Notes: a model not told the origin generated them from the sequence alone. 64,000 nt of DNA from Octopus sinensis (GCF_006345805.1 NC_043005.1:65038001-65102000), one strand, 5' to 3'. Shown: positions 1-12,780, numbered from the stretch's first letter. Numbers and translations: made by a program.

Positions 1-470
1 CCGTAACCAGTCCACTTCCAACTATCTTGAAACTCTTCGTTCCAAATATCAAATATTTCGGCATTTGGCACGTCATTTCCCAGGTGTTTATTATTATTGG
101 TAAACACTCTTTTCATTGTTTCTGAAGAACCTGTTCTGCTATTAGTTTATTCCTTGTTGTTATCTAGTTTTCTTTTGTTGTTTTTCTTTTTGCGTAATAT
201 TACCTTAATTTCTGTTTTCCTTTCTTCTTTAGCTGCCAGCAGTCCTTTGTGTCTAATGTTCCACCTATGGATCTCATTCCTGTCACTGTCCTTGACAATC
301 TTCTCTTCAGTTATTTCGTTTATTTTTTCAAGATCTTTACTGAGCTGTTTAATTTAATTCCCAAGCCTTTGCCTCTTGATTTTAACCCCACGAATTTCTA
401 CAGCAACATAGCTGCGCCGTGTATGAAGTCGTTTAGATCTGTTATATTTTCGACATTTCGTTAACAACTC
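1..470 (-). mobile_element. Degraded N-terminal ORF fragment of an R4/Dong-like non-LTR retrotransposon
   Basis: Minus-strand pieces NVENITDLNDFIHGAAMLL, IKQLSKDLEKINE...KGLLAAKEE and PNAEIFDIW resemble the pre-RT region of R4-clade ORFs. Stops and frameshifts present; runs off the window edge. Confidence 0.55.
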
Positions 471-1579
471 GACCACCTTACCATTTTATGTAGTCTGTGT
501 GTGAGAGAGAGAGAGAGAGAGAGGAGGAGGAGGAGGGAGAGAGAGAGTGTGTGTGTGTGTAGGGGTGCGGGTGGGTGTAGGTGTGTTTATATGAGTCGAA
601 CTACAGCTGTTTAATTAGAATGAATTAATGACATTTTCTACATATTTTATTCGTTAATGCCAAAATCCCACCAGCATTTTATTGCTATGTTTTGTGTAAC
701 TCCCATTCGAAATGTATCATCCATTTCCACTGTATTTAATATATTCTTAAATAAAATAATCCATTTTATAAAATAAAATAGTATTTTTAAAGATCAGCTT
801 AATGTTTTAGCAAATGGATTTGTTTCAATACCAACTGCTGTGTAATCTGCATTATGGAAATATAGTTGTCCCCCTCTAGTTGTGGATTATCTATGCAAAT
901 CTTGTATTGTTGAATGGAAACCCGATGGAAGCTAATTTTAATAAAATGTCTTAGATTAAAGCTAATACATATTTTTTTTGCTTTATTTTATGTCAAAACA
1001 TTCTTTAAGAAATAAAATCTAATAATATTCTTTCACTGCAGTTCCTCTGCTGTCACCACGAATACTGTACCGCTGCAAAATTAATCACATTTAGCACAAG
1101 AGATTCAGACATAATAATTAGATTGAAAATTCTACATTTTTTTTCTTTTGCAACAACGACAGCAAAATCAACATCAGTGTTGAGAATAAACATCCTGTAA
1201 TAAGTTAAGGCTGTTTATTTTCAAATTCTCTATTAAGCGTAATGGCAGAGGTTTTTATTTATATAGGATTTTACGTGGAAATCGCTCAACAAAAAAACGT
1301 CTTGATTTTTTCATTTAAAGGTGAAAATCATGGAAGCCACCAACGATACACAAAGAGAAATTGAAATATTCAATAATTTAGAAGTATTGAACTTGTGTTC
1401 GATTCTCAACAAATTAAAATAATCTTAATCGATAACTTATATCGTATTTTGAATGCCCACATATTTTTCTAGATAACTTATAAATGTTTCGTAAATTAGA
1501 TATAATAACGCAAACGATATTATTTGCACTACAGATGCCACATTTATATATATTATATATATATATGTATCTTTTATAA

Positions 1580-1770
1580 TCTTGCTTGTTCCAATCGTTA
1601 GGCTACGACCATGTTGAGGACACCGTCTTGAAGGATTTTAGTCGAACGAATTGACTCCAATACGTTTTTCTGTCAGCCTGGTACTTATTCTGTCGTTTTC
1701 ATTTGCCGAAGCTACGGGTACGTAAACACATGAACACACCAGATGAAGGTGGGGATGGAAGATAAATACA
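1580..1770 (-). mobile_element. SINE family A, degenerate 3' half
   Basis: Reverse complement matches the 3' half of the family-A copies (ccatgttgagg..ttagtcgaa..gtacttattctgtcg..gccgaagctacgg..gtaaacac). Confidence 0.6.
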
Positions 1771-3162
1771 GACACAAAAACACACACATACACACGCATA
1801 CACACAAACATACACACACACATACATGTGTGTGTGTGTTTCCCCGATGATGGCTTAGCTGGACAAATCTTCGAAGTCACTGTCGATACTGTCCATGCCA
1901 AAGAATTATATATAATCACTCTTTTACTAGCTCCAACCCATGGTTACTGCTTCTTCTGTAGTTGGTTGTTGGTGAATGGGCGATTTTAGATAGCACTGTC
2001 CTGATTTATGCTTCTAGTCATGTCTTAGAATGTCCAACCGTTTCATGAATAATCTCATCAACTCTACGAAGACCTCGTATGTGTCTTCGCTGGATGTTGA
2101 AAAGTTCTGAACTTCTGAGAAACAAATTCACCGTTAAAATCTCACATTTTAAAACTAGCACTAAATTTAACATACCCTTCAAAGTTCAGCGAGAGATAGA
2201 ACTCCAGCTTTCTGTATAGTTTAATGTGGAAGATTCGGGACCAGGGAAATTGCATTCACTTCATAAACAAGAGCACACTTGATAAGACTCATTCCTATTC
2301 GTCCGGGGGGTGTAATTGCCTTCTAGTCTCTCCGAGAAATTACAAATATTACAATAGTTCAAGCTATATTTTAAAATGAAATCTGAAATTTCATAGTGCT
2401 GTCGCCAATGGGATTAGTTTGTAAATTGCAAGCGATTGGTTGATAACTTTATTTCATAAAGTTTCTTGAAATTTTTCTGAAATTATATTGTATTGTCTAC
2501 TAAAAACAAGGAAGATTATTCTTTTGCATTGTGTTATAAACGTCTGTTCAGCAATTTCCATCAGACATCATCCAGCAGACGTCCAACTTCTGGCCCTATC
2601 ACATGTTGTCAAATGCATTTTACACAATACCAATTAGGAATCGCCTTCTTTAGACTCGCAGCTACAGGAACATTGAGCACCGCGTTTTCTAAACAATCGC
2701 GTTTTTATGTTTGAGAAATCTTCATTAATGCAGATTATATGACTATATATGCGTTTAGATATGTGTGTGTGCATGAATACACGTGTGCGTTTCCTGTATG
2801 TATATATGTGTAAAAGTGTGTATATGCTTGTATATGTACGAGCGCGCGTGCATGTGTATGTTTTTGCATATGTGTGCGTATATATTTGTATGTTTTCTAT
2901 TATTTCATTTTACTATATTTCACTTCTAATCTTTCTGTTTGATGCTCAGATTTTGAAAACTATAGACTTATCAAGTGATTTTTAAGAATATTTTCATAAA
3001 AAAGGATATCTAGAAAGTATATATTCTTATATATAAAGCCAAAGTTTTACAACTATAAATTAATTTGCTAAGTGCTACACATCACACGTAACTCTCGTCC
3101 ATTGTGTCACTTATGTAACCTTGCATTTATAGAAATTATAAATATATATATATTTTATAAAT

Positions 3163-4875
3163 TACATCGATATAAAGGAAGACGATGTAATAAAGGCTAT
3201 AGATGAAATGAAAACAGACTCAGCTATTGGCCCCGATGGATTCCCGGCAATCCTCCTAAAAAAGTATGTAAGAGAGTCCTAGCAAGACCACTGCAGTTCC
3301 TCTTTCAGAGCTTCCTTGCAGCTGGCAAACTTCCAAGAAAACTGAAGGAAGGTAAAATATGCCCTATTCATAAAGGAGGTAGCAGAGCGGAGGCCAAGAA
3401 ATACAGACCTATCTCTCTCACCTCACACATCAGCAAGGTCGTGGAACGAATAGTCAGAAGGAAACTAATCACCTTCCTTGAAGAAAATGACTTGCTGCCT
3501 GATACCCAACATGGTTTCCGACCAGGAAGAAGCTGCTTAACTCAGCTCCTACAACACTATGACTGGGTGCTGAAACAACTGCTCAACCACTCAAATGTGG
3601 AAGTCATATATCTCGACTTTGCAAAGGCCTTTGATAAAGTCGATCATGGAATGATATGTCACAAACTGCGTGATCTTGGCATAGTTGGAAAATTGGGAGA
3701 ATGGCTTCATGACTTTCTGAAGAATAGAAGTCAGGTGGTAGCAGCCAATGGGGCCACTTCCATTAACACGCAAATAATGAGCGGTGTTCCGCAGGGCACT
3801 GTTTTGGGACCACTACTGTTCATAATGGCCCTCTCAGACATGCCCTCAGCCACGCAGAGAGCCACGATCACAAGTTATGCAGATGATACAAAATTTTCAC
3901 AGGCAATACAGAAACCTGAGGACACTAAGCACCTGCAATGTGAGCTGGACGAAATATACAAGTGGGCTGAAAAGAATAGCATGCAGTTCAATGCCGAAAA
4001 GTTTCAAGCTTTATACTATCAGCATGCAAGACTAAATGCAATACCCAATGAATACACTGGACCCGGAGGGATTGCAATCCCAGAGGCACAATCAGTGCGT
4101 GACCTGGGTATTCACATGAGTGATGACGCGACCTTTCATGTACATGTTGCTAAACTGGCAATGAAATGTAGACGGCTGGCTGGATGGATTCTTAGAACCT
4201 TTAGAACAAGAGAACAAGAAACCATGATGGTCCTCTGGAAGACACTTGTCCTAAGCCACTTTGACTATTGCTCTCAGCTATGGTCACCATCCAGTGTCAA
4301 GTTGATCACAGAACTTGAGGCGATCCAACGAAGCTACACGAAGAAGATAGCCTCTGTGCAGCATATGAGTTACTGGGAAAGACTCAAGAGATTAAAGCTC
4401 TATTCCCTGGAGCGTAGGCGAGAAAGATATGCCATAATATATATCTGGAAGATCCTGGAAGGACTTGTCCCAGACTTTGGCATCGAGAGTCACACAAATG
4501 CCAGAACCGGACGCCACTGCGTAGTACCAAGGATTCCAAATTTGCCATCAAGATGTAGGACAAGATATTGTGATAGCCTGGGCTTCAGAGGCCCACAGCT
4601 CTTCAATATCCTCCCGAAGAACCTGAGGGACCTGCATGGTGTGGATGCTGATTTATTTAAAGTAGGACTGGATCTCTTCCTGCCAGGTGTCCCGGATGAA
4701 CCAACTTCGCGGCAGGAGGTGCAGATGAGGGCAGCTGCATCGAACTCTCTCATGCATCAGATGGCGTTTGCTAAAAAGCATCCGTAAGGTAAAATCGTGT
4801 AGCAAACCAAATGGCGGTGCCCCAGCATGGCCACAGCTCATTAGCTGAAACTGGAAAAATCAAATTCAAAATCAA

Positions 4876-4878
<3 letters not shown>
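3163..4878 (+). mobile_element. 5'-truncated CR1-type LINE (RT and 3' UTR), young
   Basis: AIGPDGFP, QHGFRPGRSCLTQL, YLDFAKAFDKVDH, GVPQGTVLGPLLF, YADDTK, VRDLGI and GPQLFNILP motifs. One frameshift near 3270. 3' stem-loop followed by AAATC-like repeats and (AT)n. Confidence 0.95.
3441..4787 (+). CDS. Reverse transcriptase (partial LINE ORF2, 448 aa open frame)
   Basis: Uninterrupted ORF with all RT motifs including YADD. No endonuclease domain because of 5' truncation. Confidence 0.9.
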   Translation: MERIVRRKLITFLEENDLLPDTQHGFRPGRSCLTQLLQHYDWVLKQLLNHSNVEVIYLDFAKAFDKVDHGMICHKLRDLGIVGKLGEWLHDFLKNRSQVVAANGATSINTQIMSGVPQGTVLGPLLFIMALSDMPSATQRATITSYADDTKFSQAIQKPEDTKHLQCELDEIYKWAEKNSMQFNAEKFQALYYQHARLNAIPNEYTGPGGIAIPEAQSVRDLGIHMSDDATFHVHVAKLAMKCRRLAGWILRTFRTREQETMMVLWKTLVLSHFDYCSQLWSPSSVKLITELEAIQRSYTKKIASVQHMSYWERLKRLKLYSLERRRERYAIIYIWKILEGLVPDFGIESHTNARTGRHCVVPRIPNLPSRCRTRYCDSLGFRGPQLFNILPKNLRDLHGVDADLFKVGLDLFLPGVPDEPTSRQEVQMRAAASNSLMHQMAFAKKHP

Positions 4879-4924
<46 letters not shown>

Positions 4925-5184
4925 CCATGATGACCCAGAATTTATTTCAGTGAAATCTGGCAATTTTGTAAAACCTCGCTTTTATTTATGTTTATGTTTA
5001 ATATGTGTTAAATGTGTATGAAGTTTTAATTTTGTCTATGATTTTATAATTTTTATAATTTTTTAATAATTTATTTTCATTCTTGTTGGATCCCGCTTAT
5101 CTGCCCACAACGGCTTTTTTTTTTTCAATTTGGCTGCAATCATTCTCTCTACTTCCATCCCCAGGGTGGAGCAATAGTTTAGCT

Positions 5185-5524
5185 CAGTGGTTCTCAACCA
5201 TTTTTTTTTTAGCTATGGACGACCCCTATGATTACTATTTCATTCTGGTAGACCCCTTTGTTTTCTATTTTAATCTGCTGGGCTTCCATAACAATTCCAT
5301 GTTTAAAAGTTAATTTTGTGGGTACCTTTCAAAATTCCTATTTTCTTATTCACTCATTCCCTTGTATAGAGTGAACTATGTAAAATATTAGAGAAAGAAA
5401 CCTAGCTGTTTCTTGTAATACACACATTTAAACTTTTCATGAACCCCTAAAATAACACTTGATCCCCAATTTGCTATTTTGCTAGATCCTCGAGGGTCAT
5501 TTGGACCCCGGTTGATGACCACTT
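5185..5524. mobile_element. hAT (Charlie-like) MITE
   Basis: Termini CAGTGGTTCTCAACC ... GGTTGATGACCACTT. Near-perfect 8-bp TSD gtttagct (5177-5184) / gcttagct (5525-5532). Confidence 0.75.
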
Positions 5525-5799
5525 GCTTAGCTGAACTTAAACAACACATTCAGTTAGCAGTGCAGGTGATAACTCCTGAAATGCTTCAAATTGTGTTTCG
5601 CACGCTAAGAATAGATTTGCAATTCGCAGGGATACAGACGGAGCACATTTTCAAAATTTTCAATAAAGTTTTGACATAAGATTCGTAAATATATTTGTTT
5701 TGGTATCATAATTAAGTAATAAACATAAAATTCTGTCATATATTTTTCTTTTAAATTTGCCAGATATCATTGAAATAGATAGTTAATTCTGGGACACCC

Positions 5800-5802
<3 letters not shown>
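5525..5802 (+). mobile_element. Tc1/mariner-superfamily 3' end remnant
   Basis: ELKQHIQLAVQVITPEMLQIVF resembles a transposase C-terminus. Terminal gggacaccctgca followed by TA. Confidence 0.55.
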
Positions 5803-5853
<51 letters not shown>

Positions 5854-7063
5854 GTGTGTGTGTGTGTGTGTGTGTGCAAAGATTAAGAGCACACATCAAC
5901 AGAAATCTGAAAACATCTTTTGAACCTTGTATATAATTATTAATTTACATTCGGAACTACAACTGACCGCCTGTTTCCCTGTGTTATCACAGTATTTCGG
6001 AGGTCAAATTATTCATATGAACCGATCTCTCCATAGCTATACACGATTTATTTCTAAGCAACTAATGAACCAAAACCGAAACAAAAGAATGCAAATGAAA
6101 TGAAAAGTACGATTAAAAAACAGCGTATTTGGCGAAAAAGAACGCCCGTCCTAATAACCATATTTGATCAACAGAAGTACTATTCCTAAGAACGAGAAAC
6201 AACATTTCAAATAACGAGAGGGTTAAAATTTTGAAAAAAAAAATCAGGATTTATATCTTATTAATGCTTATGAAACACGGTTGTAAATTAAAAAATTAAA
6301 GATAAGTTCCATATCGAATGATGCTAATCTGTTTTTACATTCATCAATTACCGGCCAAATTACAAATTTAAAAAATTGTTAAGTTAAATCTAAAAGATTG
6401 TTATGGATATTGAAAGTACCATTTCCGCACGCGAAATCAATACTGAAAAATCAACATAAATTAGCATCATTAATTTTGAAAATTTAAGACCTAGAAGCAA
6501 TTTTTTGCACGAATTTACCTTATAGCTAGAAAACTGTGCTAAAGAAAGCAGTGTAATTTTGAATAGATTCATTTTCTCAAACATTGACGTTTATGGAGAA
6601 ATATTATTCACCTCTCTTTAATGTAAAGGAGAGGGAGTGCAAGAATGCGTAAATAGGAAAAGAAAGTTAGAGAGGCAGGGTGGTGCTTTTGAAAGACGAA
6701 TCAACAACAAGAACCACAACGACAACGACGGCAATGAAAATAATAATGTTAACGACAACAACAAGACCAGAGTGTATGGATTTCGTTTGCTGATAGAAGC
6801 AGTACTGAGTGCACTAAATAGTCACGCGATCACAAGGAAAGATATGGTGAAAATATAAAAGTGATGTTACTCCGCCGTGATTGATGAAACTTACAATCAC
6901 TGAGGTAAAAATCGTTCAAAAGAAACCCATTGTCTATAAAATGCATAAACAATATGGAAAGAAAACTACAGTATCTCAATCCAGCACAAATTGGAAAATG
7001 CTTGCAAGAAATGTGGTTTAACACGGAGGAGTTGTTGCTGTTTACAACATAAAGTGGAAGCTA

Positions 7064-7099
7064 GTACGCTTGTATTCCCCCAGGGGAATACAAGCGTAC
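7064..7099. repeat. Perfect 17-bp inverted repeat with 2-nt loop
   Basis: gtacgcttgtattcccc-ca-ggggaatacaagcgtac, followed by a direct repeat ctcatatctggaaa x2 (7100-7133). Confidence 0.95.
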
Positions 7100-10000
7100 C
7101 TCATATCTGGAAATTCTGACCTCATATCTGGAAAGACAAGTGATGAAAGCACGGGTCACCAATGTGTCACCTCACAAGGACCAACTTAGAGAGGTGGCAA
7201 TTGTGTAGAAGCATGGCGAGATAATTGCACTCAAGTTCACTTTCCAATAGCAATAATTCTAGAGTTTCATTCTAGAGTTCCAGGTTCCACCTGGAGACGT
7301 AGCAGATATTCCGGATTACACACACTTACTTCGAAGACAATGAGCAAATGCGTGTTGCAGTAGAATGAAAAGAAACCCTTCAAGGCAGTCTGCCCTATGG
7401 ACGAGAGGAGACCTGAATACCTTAAACCATGGCTGCTACCAACACCCTAACTTCTGCAACTTAATAAACAAGCGCAGAGGCAGCGATAAAAGGTGGAATG
7501 GGATCCTCCTCTGCACGAATATGCAGAGTAGATCCGGAACTCCTCTCTTCACTACGACCACGACCACAACCTTATTACTTTTCTCAGCTCTGAGCTCGAA
7601 AATGTAAATAGCGTCACCATTTTCCTTTCAGTGAAGCCTCTAGCCCCACTGCCAGGTGGTAGTACTCGACAGTCCATCCCTGTTCTCCGCACCCTTCGAT
7701 TAATCCCTAATACCGCTTCTTCTTCCGTTGATCTGCATTAGCGATGTTCTTCCCATGGCACTGTCAGCTCAAACAAAATTCCAATTTTCCGTTCTGTTCC
7801 ATAGGATTAAGTCCGGTCTAATTTGTTGTTTTTATAAGTGGAAATATTAACAGTCTTTCAAAAACCGCGGCCAGCTCCCAGTAACCCTTCCATCTTTCTT
7901 CTGTCTCGAATACTTTATCTGAAAGCCTGGCCTTATGTCCTATTCCCTCCATCATGAAGTTTCTCCTTCCGCACTTTTCCACTTTTGGGTACTCCCCACT
8001 ATATATCTCCCCATCTTCTCCTTGATTGCTGCGCTTATGACACGGAGGACTTGATTGTGACGCCATTTATACCTGTCTAGTGCTAGCCTACAGTTTGACA
8101 GAGCATGTCTCACCGTCGTTTCTCTCCGCATCTACATTCATTAATTGTTTGTATATTCCACCGAACTAAATTCGCCGGTGAAGGTAAAACATCGAAGGTA
8201 GACTTGATCAGGAAGGATGTTCTTACTTGTTTCCAAGCCAAAACTTTCTTCCATGAGATTCTGCACCTGATCACGTATTCCTCCCATCTCAGGCACTGTC
8301 TCTGTTGACTGCATTGCACCAAATGTACATTTCGCCTTTCTCTTTCCTCCTTTTACACTTTGTGTATCTCTGCCACTTTCATCTCTTTTACACTGCTCAG
8401 GCAATGTGGCTTGAAATTGTGCAACTCTAGACCGGCTCTTGCTTCATGTGTCGCTCCGACTATATCGGCATGCCTTAGATTTCCTTTGAAAGGTTTTCTC
8501 GGATGTTCTGATCTTTCGAATACCTTAGCATCTGATCTTTCGAAAACCTTACTTTTCGAATAACCCTAACCCTAACCCCAACACTTTCCTGCCTTATATT
8601 CTTCGGCGATTGATGTTATCAGCAGTTGCAGCACGGGTTTTCCATATAGTGCAGTTGTATTCAGTGGTTTTGGAAGACCAAGCCATTTTCTGATAAACAC
8701 ACTGCATCTTTGTTCCATCCTTTCTACTCTACTCGAGGCTATTTCATACCCTTGCAATGGCCACATTATCCTTGGATACAGTCAAAATTGCAGTATCCAA
8801 CATTTGAATTTCCACAGTAGTGTTGTTCTGTCAATTGACTTTAGTCCCTGTTCCATTAAATCGTGTTTCTTTGCTTTGATTCTTAGCATTTAGTAAATCT
8901 CTATACTAACTGCCGAGTCTCTTTACTGGTTGTTCTTTCACCGCCGGTACATCTTCACCTTCTATCCTGAATTTCACTTCTTTTTGGACTCCTTTCATGA
9001 AAGCCACGCTTCGAGATTTTTTGCCTTGAATTACATTCTCTAAGGTTCCATCTGCTGCTTCTCTACTTTCTGATAATACAGTAACGTCGTCCATAAAAGC
9101 CCTTAATGGTGTCTTTGTAACAGATTTCTCACAGTTTGTTGATCTTAGTAACATGTCCATGGCAAGCACAAATAAGATGACTGATAATCGTGCATCCAGT
9201 TGCAATACCTACTTCAAGCCGTCGCCACTTTGTTGTGAGCTTTTCTGCTGTAAATCTCATCCTCAATTTATCGTAGTAACACATGAACATTCGTTGAACA
9301 TCTTCTGGAATCCAAAAGATGTCCATAGCTGCTTGAATTAGTGCGTGTGGAACAGATCCATATGCATTCGCAAGATCTAGCCATACAATGCGCAGGTTTT
9401 TCTTCAGTTGTTTTGCACAGTTGATAGCTTCCCGGATGGCAAATGCATGTTCTATGCATCCAGGGATTGCTTCATTAACATATCCGTTATGCTGTACGAA
9501 TTTTATAATTCGTCTGGCAATAATTCCAAACATGATTTTCCTATCGGTATTTTGTAGTGAAAATGGGTTTGAATTGCTCTAGTGTTTTTGCCTCCTTCTG
9601 TTTAGGTAAACAGATACCTTCCGCTAAACACCATCGTTCTGCTATGCTTTTCTTCTTCCACATTTCCCTTATCAGTGCAAATAGTTGTAAACGTAATTTC
9701 GGGCAATACTTATAAACCTTGTGGCAAACTCTGTTGTTCCCTGATGAACTTTTTGCTCTTACTTTTCTAATGAACTCATCAATTTCTTCCGTCTGATGTC
9801 ATTCAATTCGAATGGTACCCTTGGTTCAGGTGGTTTCTTCAGCCCAAGCATTACTAGGAGTACTTTATTTCTATCTGCGTCGCTGTATGTCCCTTTAAGA
9901 TGGTGTTCTTCTTTAGTGCAATCCAGTCTTCCGCTCTTACTTTTCAGTAAACAAACGTTTAGCATATTGATATGAGCTGTTTACAAAACTACGAACGTTC

Positions 10001-10510
10001 TTTTCTCTCTCCTTTCTTCTGTTTTTCTTTCTTTTTCTTTCTTGTTCTCGATGCCCCTTTCTTATCATTCTATACAGCTGTTTTAACCTTTCTCTTTCCT
10101 CCTCCTTTGCATCCCTCTCTCTGTTTCTGCGTTTTTTCTTCTCGTATCATTGCGATCCGCCTTTTTCTCCTCAATGGTCCCCACCTTTGCTGATGATTCT
10201 CCATTCCCTGTTGTTTCAAGGCCAAATCTTTTCTTTCCTTCCTGATATATTATATTAACCAAGATTTCGAGCTTTTGTTCGTCGTTCCCTTTAAATTTGG
10301 TGGTCATCCTTGCCACCTCCTCACCGAATTTCCCGCTACATCATTTGCCTTCGGCAAATAGAGAAATGTATTGACAGATAGAGAGAGGATAATAACCTTC
10401 CAACATTTTCAGCATTGCATGACTTCGAAGCTATTTTTAACGGAGTGCGAATTGATTTCAGAATAAAGCTGTCTTCAATAATCCAATTAATGCTATGTAT
10501 TGAGGAGTAG
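7100..10510 (-). mobile_element. HERO-like RLE non-LTR retrotransposon, degraded but nearly complete
   Basis: WLDLANAYGSVPHALI, LEVGIATGCTI, AFMDDVTV, RKWLGLPK, SFLIKSTFDVLPSPANLVRW, RYKWRHNQVL and ELTVPWEE motifs in order (RT, Zn knuckle, RLE). Many stops and frameshifts. Confidence 0.85.
8561..8578 (-). repeat. (TTAGGG)3 interstitial telomere-type repeat inside the HERO ORF
   Basis: taaccctaaccctaaccc on +, next to a tandem duplication of taaggtattcgaaagatcag. Confidence 0.85.
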
Positions 10511-10841
10511 CCGTGGATGCTGGTCATGTTGTTGTTGTTGTTGCTGCTGCTGTTGTTGCCAACTGCTCTTGTTGATACTGCTTTCGTTCAGAAGTTGGTC
10601 GTTTGGTCGTAAATGTCCTTGGGAATTTTATGACCAGCTTCATCATATTTCGGAATTTATGTTTGTCCTTTGTTTTTATTTTGAAGCGAAATCTAACTTC
10701 GAGCAACATTTACAAATCAATTTTTAGTCACTATTTTCTCAAACTGGCAAAGCTATGTAGGGGGTTCAAATTTTGATTTTGCACCCCTTAAAAATTCTAG
10801 GGTTACAAGTGCACCCCTTGCACCTCTGTTCCCGAGCCCTT

Positions 10842-11067
10842 GTACACCAAGCATATGCATCACAACCATATGTGTGCGACATGGTGATATCATATCAAGA
10901 TAAACAGCTTATAACCTCTTAAGTGGGGCTCAGTTAGAATTTTGTTCAGGTCGAGTAGTCCGTAGCGCTAAAAAGTCCCTGAATAAAGGATTGTTTAAGG
11001 ATGATGAACAAAACACTCCTTTTTTCCAGAGGTGAATTATTCAAATCCAAAAGAATTTCTCTCAACT
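10842..11067. mobile_element. Internal fragment of the ~630-bp TTA/TAA-flanked dispersed repeat
   Basis: Aligns by eye to the central part of 13354-13983 (acaaccatatg..catatcaagataaacagc..gaggtgaattattcaaa..ctctcaac). Confidence 0.75.
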
Positions 11068-12240
11068 TTTTTTCGTTCAACCTTTTTTGTTTCACCCAAC
11101 ATTGTGAATTCTTGGGTCTAATTTTCCCACATCCAAAACATTTCAGATTCTTAAAAGGACAATTTCTTTTGAAATGTATTTCTCCACATCCATAACGTAG
11201 TTTTAGTATTGACCGTTGTTTTTCTTTTCTCGTATCTGTTACCGGTCGACAAGATGTATATTTGAATAATCTTTTTCCATTTTTTTCTGCGTCCTGTCGT
11301 AGATTTATAATTCTTTGGCATTCTTCAGACATTATATGTAGAGTTAATTTTGAATCTTGTCCAAGCTTTTTCAATATTCGAGCCCTTATCTCTACACCTT
11401 TATTTACCGTTAATCCTTGTACGAAGATTAAACATTTAAACATGCCCGGGCTTAATTCGTAGATTTTAAATTTTTCCCATTCTCCATGATTCCGGCAAAC
11501 GTGACGAAATCTTCTGTTTCTTTTTTTTTTTCAAACTCTCAGCAAATATTAAATAGTGAACTTCTTTCACTGAATATTTTAGATAATAGCTTGTTTTCTC
11601 GAAACAAATTTTGGATGGTTTTCTCGGCATGATGTAATTACAAAACTACATGTTCTGCTGGTGATAATTTCCTTAAAAGAAGACATACCTTTTCGTCCGT
11701 CCAGCTTTTAGACTCTTCTTTGAAGATTCCTTCATAGCTTCTGAAGTATGCAGAAAAAGTAATCTTTTCTTCGGGATTATGTGGGAATTTTTCAATTGAT
11801 TTAGCAACTGCGTCTGCAGAAAACTAACCTGAAGTGCTTTTGACTGAAACAATAATTCCAACAACTGTTGATTTTGCTGTTCTTATTGTTGTAGTTGCCG
11901 TTATACATTTTCTTGCTGTTTCTGTTATTGTTGTTGTTGTCATAGTTGCCACTACAACTGTTGCTGCTCTTGTTGCTGCTGTAGTTGTCGTTGCAACTGA
12001 ACCACGGAAGCTATTGTGTCTTCCATGCTCAGAACGTCCACTGTGAGCTTCGAATATCTCATCGCCCCTATTGTGTCTCGTCGACACTGTTATGTCCTTC
12101 TTTGAACTCACTGTATATGTCACTTCATAACTTTGACTTATAACAAGGTTATAACAATACAAATATAAATTAGACAAAACACGTACCAAACAATATCTCG
12201 TCTCAACGACTTCTGCACTCTCGTTACAAAACATACCACA
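11068..12240 (-). mobile_element. Gypsy-type LTR retrotransposon remnant: LTR end, PBS-like motif, gag
   Basis: PEEKITFSAYFRSYE..KVCLLLRKL, KCLIFVQGL..EIRARIL..EECQRIINL and two CCHC-like knuckles (YGCGEIHFKRNC, CFGCGK..SQC). LTR end taaca (12092-12088) followed by gtgtcgacgag, resembling a TGGCGACGAG PBS. Confidence 0.8.
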
Positions 12241-12394
12241 TTGCTAACCTATAGGTTTGTGTCGAACACCTGCTGTCGCGTGTTTACGCATCTGCTATCA
12301 GCTGAATCCATAGTGAAGATTGCCTCACCGTCCTACTTTGGGAGGGGTAGGCAGTTTTTATCTGTCTGGTGGCTGTAGCGAAAGAGGTAGTATG

Positions 12395-12780
12395 ATGGAC
12401 TCGTCTGAAAGGGCTAAAGTCAGACACTTTCCTCTATGGTCGAGCCCTCTTCAACTTTTTCAAGTTTCACTTGAAAAGGAAGTTGGGGGTAGAGAGGTAA
12501 GTGTTGCCTTTAGTAAGTTTGTTGAAAGATGAGTGAATACTGGAAGAATGGCAAATGTGAAAGGGCCAATTCTGAGCGTACACCTGTGAGAAATAACAGA
12601 AGAGCTCTTGCTTTTGTGGGGTTTTCCGATCTTAAAGCGCCTTCCCCATTGAGAGTTTTAATTTGTTTAATTTTTAATCATTATATATATTGTTTACACG
12701 CTATAAAACCCATTGTATCAGTTTGTGTTGTCTTTTATGCCTGTGTCATGTCATTTAATGTTATTGTATGTGAGCCCTTG
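12395..12780. repeat. Unclassified dispersed repeat (copy 1, possibly solo-LTR-like)
   Basis: Shares tctgaaagg.ctaaag.cagac.ctttcct and tttcacttgaaaaggaag with 45375-45720. Confidence 0.55.
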
